Shown: positions 1 to 7,334 of the stretch, piece after piece
Layout of the letters: each line of letters begins with the position of its first letter
Position numbering within the stretch: position 1 is the first letter of the stretch
NCBI GenBank assembly: GCA_965644495.1
Contig: CBFFSA010000093.1
Location: 1-11,374 of the forward strand
Direction: 5' to 3'
DNA length: 11,374 nt
Source: Perkinsela sp. CCAP 1560/9
Lineage: Eukaryota > Protista > Euglenozoa: Kinetoplastea
Notes under the pieces: model-generated
The model's input: the letters and a program-made list of their open reading frames with translations, nothing else
Databases searched by the model: none
Told to the model about the DNA's origin: nothing
Program-made: the position numbers and the translations under genes

Positions 1-1
1 G

Positions 2-592
2 GTTGGAAAAAAATTGATTACTAGAATCCAAAGGGTGTTGTGTATGGGATCTTTTCCATGGAAAGAGACATATTCGCTTATTCGTGTGAAGAACTGAGCC
101 CTCTTTACAAAAATGCAAAAGAGATACAAATTTGCTGATGGAACAAAGAGACGTCGTCTCGACTTCATGGAATCAAATGACATGTAGATGAATGAGATTT
201 TACTTGGGTTGGGTCCTCTGCACCTTGCGAGCTCAAACACCATGGTTGTTGTTGTCACTGTAAAAGCCACACGAAAACTTGTACCTGACTTGTCACCACT
301 TCAATGGGCCACTGGAGGAGGGGGATTGGGCTCTATTGGCTGCGTTTGATGTGGGCTGTGGTTGATGATCCAGACAAAGAGAATCTCTCTTCCTCAAATG
401 ATCGGATGGTTTGAATGGCGAAATTTATCAGAGATGAACGAAATCGCAAAGCAAATTGAAAAATTACGAGAAGAAGGCGGAAAAGAAGCAGAGAAAGAGA
501 TCGGTCGTTTGATTTTTGAAACTGTTGAGTTGAAAAGTTACCAAATCACAACAATCGATGTGCGCAAATTTATCATTAGAGATCCCCGATAA
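2..592 (+). pseudogene. Degenerate or frameshifted coding-like 3' gene fragment, unknown product
   Basis: The ORF at 362-592 reads as a plausible C-terminus (helical NLSEMNEIAKQIEKLREEGGKEAEKEIGRL) but begins at TTG, with ATG as the next codon. Upstream sequence is higher in GC and complexity than local intergenic DNA, yet all three + frames contain stops. No family recognised. Confidence 0.3.
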
Positions 593-705
593 GTATTTTC
601 TTTGTGGAGGGGAAATTGCAACAATTGTTTGAGGTTTATTTATGGTGGTGGTGTTTTCAAAACCTATTTTATATTTTTAAGAATAATAAAAATTTTATTT
701 AGGGT

Positions 706-2213
706 TTAATCAAAAAAATGTTTCAATTGAGGAAGGAGGTTTTCTCTCGAGAGTTTCTTGTATACTAATCGACACCCAACCACAAACCCGATGGGAATAA
801 TAAGACAACAGATCCCAAAGTAGAGGGAATAACACTCATGTCCAGTGCAAAAAAGCTCACCTAGAAGAATTATCAGAAGGGAGAAAGGAAGAAAAGAGAG
901 GTAACTTTGTAAGGATATATACCAGGAGGAGTTTGTCGATCATAGAGAACTCCAGACAAAAGATCGAAACACAAAGGACCGAAGGCAGGAGAGAAACAAA
1001 GAATACCATAAATCTGACACCACTGAAACCCTGTTTTTTTCTGACGATTTAAATCAAGCAACATTCCAGGGGAACCAAGATTGAAGATCTGAACCCACAA
1101 TGCGCCATACACTAACGCATTCACGAAGGAGAGGCAATGCAGAATCCAAAGATTCATGGTTTGCCATAATATCAATGAGGATGCGAAGAGAACGGTAGGA
1201 AAGATCACAAAAAAGAGAGTCGAGGGCCAGTGATTACCCTCCTTCACCAGAGTGACAGCAATTCTTCCCACTGCTTGTCCTACACAAAACTCAAAAAAAA
1301 TAAGAGTAAGTTGGGTCTCATTTCCCCCAATGGCCAACACCATGCTCCCCGAGTTGTTGTAAAAATTGACAGTCACACCAAACAAGATAAACAAAGCAAA
1401 GATTCCCAACCACAACTCTTCAGTCATCAGCAGCCATTTCAAGCGAAGGGAGAGAGTATTTGCTCCACTCTTTTCCTCTTCTCCCTCTCCCTCACCCTCT
1501 CCCTCTCCCTCTCCCTCTCCCTCTCCCTCTCCGACCACTCCCACCTCCATTTCTTGGGGGTCTGCCTTCAAATAAGTCACCTCTTCAGTTTCAGGCTTAT
1601 CGTTGAAAGGGATCTTCAGAATGATGAAAACAACAAAGAAAAAGAGAGAGACAAAGCTAGCGGCACAACTCCCCAGGTAGAACCAACACAGTTTCATTTG
1701 ACGGTTTCCTTTGACCAGGTGGTAGACAACAGAAGCCAAACCACCGGAGACGGCAAACAATACCATAAACACCTTTTTCGCATAATCCACAAGTTTTTTG
1801 CTCACCTCATGAGAGAGAACCTTCGTCGCTAAGTCAGTGAAGATTGCAATCATGGGAATAATGCAAGAAACAAGCCCTACGCACGCGATCGTTAAGCTAA
1901 ACGCCACGGCAGTAAAGTTTCCAGGAGCAATGAGGACCGTTATAGCCGACAATGCCCATCCAATCACCGCAAGAATCAACGAACCCAACACTGTAGGCAC
2001 AGCCAAGCAAGTGGCGAGATACCCCACAAATCCTTGAACAGCAAGACTGCTTGTGTAACATAGCGACCCGATCAAATTGATTTCCTTTTGGGTGAAGCCA
2101 CCCTCGATTTTGATGTCGGTCGCAATGGCACCGAACGCATAGAAAATCCCACCACTGAGGGAAATCAGTAGCAGGCAAACCAAGGCGAGAACTACGATCT
2201 GCCAACCCTGCAT
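706..2213 (-). CDS. MFS transporter, nodulin-like (NFD4/MCH1/OFA-like) family; exons 2213..923 and 860..706, 481 aa
   Basis: About 12 hydrophobic helices in two halves separated by an acidic central loop; N-terminal GGIFYAFG and C-half GRI motifs. Removing phase-1 intron 861-922 replaces the spurious ORF end with ...GVLYDRQTPPGELFCTGHECYSLYFGICCLIIPIGFVVGCRLVYKKLSRENLLPQLKHFFD*, giving the LYD...CxGxxCY plus final helix typical of nodulin-like MFS proteins. Exon lengths 1291+155 = 482 codons. Confidence 0.88.
861..922 (-). other. Spliceosomal intron, 62 nt, phase 1
   Basis: G|GTATAT ... polypyrimidine ... TTCTAG|GT; removal restores a conserved C-terminus in frame. Confidence 0.88.
1480..1532 (-). 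repeat. (GAGGGA)n coding hexamer microsatellite encoding (GE)n in the MFS central loop
   Basis: ctccct repeats on the + strand; translation GEGEGEGEGEGEGEGEGE. Confidence 0.9.
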
Positions 2214-2266
2214 TCTAAAAATTGTGATTCAGTTTCCGAAAAATTGAATAGCCCCACAATGGAAAA

Positions 2267-2274
2267 TGACGTCA
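2267..2274. promoter_or_regulatory. TGACGTCA (CRE/ATF bZIP-type palindrome) about 55 bp upstream of the MFS start codon
   Basis: Exact 8-mer match; function is inferred from position only. Confidence 0.3.
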
Positions 2275-2380
2275 AATGAAAAAGAAAAAAAGAAAATTAG
2301 GTGACAATGGAGAAACCTCCATGTTCGTCACACAAACGAGTTTTTGCCAAAGTGAAGTGAGAGAGAGGAGGAGGAGGAGG

Positions 2381-2408
2381 AGGAGGAAGTGCCTGAGCAC
2401 TTCCTCCT
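2381..2408. repeat. Perfect inverted repeat: 12-bp stem, 4-nt loop
   Basis: AGGAGGAAGTGC-ctga-GCACTTCCTCCT. Confidence 0.8.
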
Positions 2409-3076
2409 TTCCAAATAAAGGGATTCAACTTTTTTTTTTTTTTAAAAAAAGTGCTAGGTCCCTAAAAAAAAGCACTCTATTTTTTTTGTTCGCTTTTTTT
2501 CTTTATTTTGCTCTTTTTCTTTTCAATCCCAAAAAAATGGTTCGCACTTGGTTCTGTTGTTCCATTTCCCCCCTTCTTTTCGTTTTCTTTTGTTTTTGTT
2601 TGGTTTCGACAAACAGAATGATACAACAAGATACCTCCAAATGATAAATGCGTAAACGCGAGACTATAATTGAGGGAATGGGAACGAACGTTTGATGGAA
2701 CACTACCTTATGAATGCCAGGAAGACAATTTTGCTCAGGAAAATTTGATTGGGCTGAGAAACCAAATGTCTTTTATGAGTTCATTTTCGATTGAAGTCGT
2801 GAAATTTTATTCTGTCCAATTGAATGGAAATTCAAATCTGACGTTGTTGAGAAAATTTCATGATGGCGGGGAGAATTGGGCGAAATTGCGTGATTTGTCA
2901 ACCTGACTCAATAACAAATTCATGGTTCATTCATTCATTCTCTCTCTCTCTTTCTTCTTTTCCTCTTCTTTGTCTTCTTCTTCTTTCTTTTTCTTGACAA
3001 ATGGTAAAGTTTCTCAAAACGGAGAGAGAGAGAAAAAAGAGAATGACAAAAAGAAAGAGAGATCAGGAGAGAGTGA

Positions 3077-3636
3077 AGAACAAAGATCGTCTTCAAAAAA
3101 AACAACGAACAAACAGAAATTGAACTTTCAGTAGAAATTGAAAATGTGGAACCGAGCGATTTTCAGGAAACCGGAACCGAAGAACAACAAGAGAAAAGAG
3201 AGATAACAAGGAGAAAAGAAGAAGAAGAAGAAGAGATAACAGAAAATCTCATGAAACTTCCTTCTTCTTCTCTTCAGATTCGAATTTTCCAATTTCTTTC
3301 TCCTCGTGACTTGTGTGCTTGTCAATTTGTTTGTAAGTCAAAGGGCATCCCTCTCACTTGCAAATGTTCTCTGGTGGCGTCATGCAATGAAGGTTTCTCT
3401 TTCTTCTTCTTTTTCTTCTTGTGGTGTGACTTGAATTTTAAAAGAAATTAAATGAAAAAAAAAGGTTTTGTAGATCGCAGAAGAAAGGCCAACACAAGTC
3501 GACAAGAAGCTTCTGAATGAAAAAAAAAAACAAAGGAAAATGGAAAGGGGAGTTTAAAAATGCTGTCGCCCGCCTCGAAACCCCAAGGCCTGTTGTCAGA
3601 AAGAAAAAAATTACTCTCTGGGTTACAGAAACAAAG
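3077..3636 (+). pseudogene. F-box protein gene, frameshifted (pseudogene or assembly errors); 5' end uncertain, candidate ATGs at 2922 and 3001
   Basis: LMKLPSSSLQIRIFQFLSPRDLCACQFVCKS (3248-3340) fits the F-box pattern LP..L...IF.FL...DL.....VCK. A +1 shift gives RASLSLANVLWWRHAMK (the LW motif), then intron 3393-3473, then IAEERPTQVDKKLLNEK, a shift in the A11 run at 3520-3530, and NKGKWKGEFK (post-F-box WK..F motif). Confidence 0.72.
3393..3473 (+). other. Spliceosomal intron, 81 nt, phase 0
   Basis: AAG|GTTTCT ... TTTTGTAG|ATC; low-complexity body. Confidence 0.65.
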
Positions 3637-3782
3637 GTTTTTCTTTTTATTCTTCTCTCCCTCTCTTCTCTCCTTCTTTTTTCTCTCTCCTCTCCTCTCC
3701 TCTCCTCTCCTTCTTCTCCCTCCTTTGTGTTTCCTGCTGTTTTGATCTCACACCACTTTTTTTTTTTGTTTCTAAAAAACAG
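3637..3782 (+). other. Spliceosomal intron, 146 nt, phase 0
   Basis: AAG|GTTTTT ... CT-rich ... AAACAG|TCA; joins two open coding frames. Confidence 0.65.
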
Positions 3783-3915
3783 TCATCTCTTGGATTCACT
3801 GGGTTAAAAGGAGATCCTTTTTATTTAATGGTTGAAGGAGATGGAGATTTACTCGTGATTGATGGATATTCTCTTCCAAATAATTTTTGTGAAAATGCAA
3901 CAGAGATTTATCCTG

Positions 3916-4053
3916 GTTTTTTTTTTTTTTCTTTTTTCTGTTTTTCTCTTCTACTTTTTCTCTTCTCTTTTCATACTTTCTCTTCTCTTTTTCTTTTTCT
4001 TTTTTTTTCTTCAGTTTCTCTAATTTTTCTCTTTTCCTCTTGTTTTTTGACAG
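3916..4053 (+). other. Spliceosomal intron, 138 nt, phase 1
   Basis: CCTG|GTTTTT ... TTGACAG|GA; in-frame and stop-free, which explains the Phe/Leu/Ser run in ORF 3828-4226. Confidence 0.8.
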
Positions 4054-5074
4054 GACAAAATATATCCTATGTTTTTGATGGCCCTTCTATTTCTTCTACA
4101 ATCACCAATTGTTATTCATCCCAGTTCAGTGTCAGTGTCTTTTTCAAATTCTATGTTGAAGAATTAGCATTCTTCAACTTCACATTATCTTTCGACCCAT
4201 TTCTCTCTGATATCTGGAGGTTGTAGTACATCTGGTTCCTGTGTTGATCTCCATGAAGATGGTTCCACGTACGAAACAGTATTTCTTGGAACCTGGCGAA
4301 TATATATTGTGAGGCAATCAGGCAGTCGAAAAAACAAAGGAACCAAGGAGTTTTTTCTATCTCTTCCTGTTCCCCCTCCTGATGGGCATGATGAATGTGA
4401 GAGACTCCGTACAAGCTAACTCAAAATGAGACATTCATACAAAGGGTATACTGTCTTAATTCCTCCAGAAAAGAGTACACCACCTTTGTGCAACAATGAA
4501 TGAATTTTCTGTCTGGCCCAACTTAGAGAGGAGGGCTGTGTATTATCAATTTGAAGCTCCTGGGCTTTTTTTGTCCTTGAACCACGTGAATGTGGAAAAG
4601 AATGCAGGTATTCGGTGCAGAAAGGGGGGATGTGTGATGAGTCTGACCCTTTTTGCTTTGGTTGTTATGTTGGGCACCCCATTTATCAGAATGTGCAACC
4701 AAGAAAGTATACCTATGCTAAAGCGATTCTTGTGTCTTTAAAGGAAAATGAAACTGCTCCAAATTGTGGTCGAAACAGCTCTGGCAAGAGCTATTTCTCA
4801 TACTATTTTCATCAAGTTCCTGCTAATTTTGAGTGTACTCAAGCAGAAGAGATCCAAGATTCTACTGTTATTCCTGCTTCCTTTAATGATGCTCTGTGGG
4901 TATTATCTAGCAGTAGGATTGATGATTGTTGTTATTCTTATTATTTTACTGCAAAGGAGAGCTCTTCTTCTTCTTCTGTTGTAACTTGTAACGTTTCAAG
5001 CCGTACTCGGTTTACTCTGCATACAGGTGAAGATTGTGTGATCATATGACAAATATTTCTTCAGATTATTTCAG

Positions 5075-5186
5075 GTCATTTTCCTTCTCTCTCATTCTCT
5101 TCTCTCTCATTCTCTTCTCTCTCTTTTTTCTCTATTATTACTTTTCTGAACTAAAATGAATTTTATTTCTCCAACTATTTTACAAG
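5075..5186 (+). other. Probable spliceosomal intron (acceptor tentative)
   Basis: CAG|GTCATT, CT-rich body, best acceptor TACAAG|. Confidence 0.5.
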
Positions 5187-5389
5187 AAAATGAAACGAGT
5201 ACTATGAAAGTCTGTACCTCTCGACAAGGGAGAGATAAAGATTCTCTCGTGCCATTAAGCTCTCGTCGTTTTCGCTTGACATTTGATGTTGTTGCACGCG
5301 CTCCCAACATTGAATGTGAAAAAGCACGAGAAGTGTTTATTGGAACTACTTATTTGACAGAAGATCCTGCTGAAATTTTTGAACAAGAG

Positions 5390-5506
5390 GTGTCTGTGAA
5401 TTAATTCCTCTCTCTTTCTCTTTCTTTTTTTTTTTTTTTTTAATTTTTTTTCTTTTTCTCTGTTTAAAAAAAAAAAGAAAGATGAGACTGATTTTTTATT
5501 TGGCAG
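5390..5506 (+). other. Spliceosomal intron, 117 nt, phase 0
   Basis: GAG|GTGTCT ... TTGGCAG|CTC; joins IFEQE to LFFLFKANLVDQYQFFCDDDEV in frame. Confidence 0.75.
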
Positions 5507-5634
5507 CTCTTTTTCCTTTTCAAAGCAAATCTGGTTGATCAATATCAATTTTTTTGTGATGATGATGAAGTGAGTTTGAATTTTTGTGAGGGATCTTGTG
5601 GGGACTCTCTGAGATGTAAAGTTGACCAACCAAA

Positions 5635-5727
5635 GTTTCTCTCTTTTCCCTTTTCTCTTTTTGTCTTTTTCTCTTTTTGTCTTTTTGTCTTTTTGTCTTT
5701 TTCTCTTCTCAAAAAAAAAAATCTTAG
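5635..5727 (+). other. Spliceosomal intron (alternative acceptor at 5733)
   Basis: AA|GTTTCT, (CTTTTTGT)n body, TCTTAG|. Confidence 0.65.
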
Positions 5728-6918
5728 TTTCAGTGAGCGAAAGATGCAAAACAGGGAGAAGAAATTATTCTTCAAATGGTTAACTCAAAAACCAATTTGA
5801 ACTCACCACTTTATATTCGTCATTCTCCTCCTCCTTCTCCTTCTCCAACTCCAACACCAACTCCTCCTCTTTCTCCTTCTCCAACTCCAACTCCTCCCCC
5901 ACCTCGTCACCATCTCTCTCCTCTTTGGATCTCTTTTATTGTATATTGGAGGAGTGATTTTTGTGATTGGTATTGGAATTGGAATTTATTATTTGAAATG
6001 GAAGAGGAACATTGGTAGTGGTCGTGTGAGTGAAGAGTTATTGGATTCAACTCAATTTGATTTGGGTGATCCTCCGTTGGAAGAGGGTGCTGATGATGGA
6101 TGATGGATGATTGATGATTATGATGAATACTATTTAAGATAAATAATATCTTCTCTGAGAATGAAGTCTTTTTTATTGGCTTGTTTTTAGAATATATTAG
6201 AGTGAATCCTTATCAATTATAAGAATCACCCCCCTCAATTTAGCAATTATTATCCACACACCAAGAAGAATTAAATTTTTCTGTTTTTCTCTTTCTTTTT
6301 CTTTTATTTTATGAAAAAAAAACCTAACAAAGGTTTTTGGATTTGAAGAGAGAGATCAAGTTTCAAGACAAGAGAAGAACAAAGAGAGGAAAGCGGTGGT
6401 TGCAACACAAGAACAGAAGAAGAAGAAGGGGAGAGAGAGAGAACATATTATTAAATATAATTAGGGGAAAAATCAGGAGAGAAAAAGAGATGTGTTTTGG
6501 GAATGAGAGTCATCATGCAATGAAATATTTATGCTTTTTTATTTGGATTAATTAATTTTATTATTTAATTCTTGAAAAGAAGAAGAAAAGGAATTAATCC
6601 AGTTGGAAAAAAAAAAAACAAAAGATGGGTCAATATCAAATAAAAATGATTGTTGTTTGTCAAAAGCCAAAGATAACAAACAAAAGAAGCATTTGAGTGG
6701 TTTTTCAAGAAGCTTCTTTTTCTCAGAAGAGGTAAAAAAAAATACAAAAAAAAAGAAAAGAAAAACAGAAAAAATTGATGAAAGAAGAAGAAAGAAGAAA
6801 GTGAAGAAGTTCTTGTGGGAGTGGAAAGGCAAGGTTCCAAAAAGTTCGAAAAAGTAGAAAAATGAAAGGATGGCTTGTGGGATGGCTTTTTTGATTTTTG
6901 ATTTTTGATTTACTAAAA

Positions 6919-7116
6919 AAATATTTCTTGGCAAGAAATATTTCTCGATTATTGTTACAATAATCTTTTTTGAATTGTTACAATAATCTTTCTTGATTAT
7001 TGTTCCAATTTTGAACAATCATGATTGGCAACAATAATTCTTTAATAAACGGGCGGGAAGATCAATCAAAAGATAATAATATTGTTACAAGAATTGTAAA
7101 TTCAATCCATGGATTG
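6919..7116. repeat. Cluster of palindromes and direct repeats with an ATTG/CAAT core
   Basis: AAATATTTCTTG-G-CAAGAAATATTT (6919-6943); GATTATTGT-T-ACAATAATC (6947-6965); ATTGTTACAATAATC (6974-6988); GATTATTGTTCCAAT (6995-7009); CAATCATGATTG (7016-7027); ATTGTTACAA (7081-7090); CAATCCATGGATTG (7103-7116). Confidence 0.8.
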
Positions 7117-7334
7117 GATCAGAATAAGAACAACTCATTATAAAAAAAAAAGGGGGGGGGGGGGAGAAAATGAAAAAGAGAATGAAAGAAATCATCAAGA
7201 AAGAAAGAAGAAAAAAACCTTATTTGAAGCAAGTCCCCTCCAATCCTTTTTCGGGAGGAAAAACAAAAACAAAAAAAACAAAACAAAAAACAAAAAAAAA
7301 TACCCCAAGAAATGAAAAACTTTACAAATTTTCT

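Larger units (their letters stand above)
3783..6103 (+). pseudogene. Type I cell-surface protein with four Cys-containing extracellular repeats, Pro/Ser/Thr stalk, TM helix and acidic tail; multiple frameshifts; no signal peptide seen
   Basis: Repeat starts: PNNFCENATEI (3876), GHDECE (4384), PANFECTQAEEI (4819), APNIECEKAREV (5300). Each is followed by an aromatic strand (VFFKF, VYYQF, YSYYF, LFFLF) and a G..C motif (SGGC, KGGC, TGEDC, EGSC). Stalk SPPPSPSPTPTPTPP at about 5824-5905; WISFIV/IGGVIFVIGIGIGIYYL then KWKR stop-transfer (5926-6007); acidic tail to TGA 6101-6103 (next in-frame stop at 6140-6142). Introns 3916-4053, about 5075-5186, 5390-5506, 5635-5727. Confidence 0.72.

Noticed and set aside
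305-335. WATGGGGLG resembling the GGLG motif downstream of non-LTR reverse transcriptases
   Set aside because: No RT motifs nearby and the frame contains stops; too little evidence.
873-922. C-terminus of the 446-aa ORF (IYPYKVTSLFFLSPF*)
   Set aside because: Read-through into the intron; splicing gives the family-typical end.
1230-2205. ORFs 1230-1832, 1366-1575, 1837-2037 (+) and 1897-2205 (-)
   Set aside because: Shadow or alternate frames inside the MFS gene with no recognisable motifs.
2670-2906. 78-aa ORF and a possible upstream intron ending in AAACAG at about 2616
   Set aside because: TTG start, no motif, and no splice combination I tried gave a continuous frame; it cannot be excluded as an exon remnant.
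4227-6103. Stop-codon reassignment or programmed frameshifting to explain the broken ORFs
   Set aside because: Breaks are mostly frame changes at heterogeneous stutters with no common slippery motif, and neighbouring genes translate cleanly with the standard code.
6337-7018. K/R-rich and F/L-rich ORFs in the AT-rich spacer
   Set aside because: Low-complexity purine tracts; no credible gene model on either strand.
6947-7090. Spaced repeats as a CRISPR array
   Set aside because: Repeats are short and irregular, spacers are tiny, there are no cas genes, and the context is eukaryotic.
7152-7164. G13 run as a functional G-quadruplex
   Set aside because: A single homopolymer in a low-complexity region; its length is unreliable and there is no supporting context.
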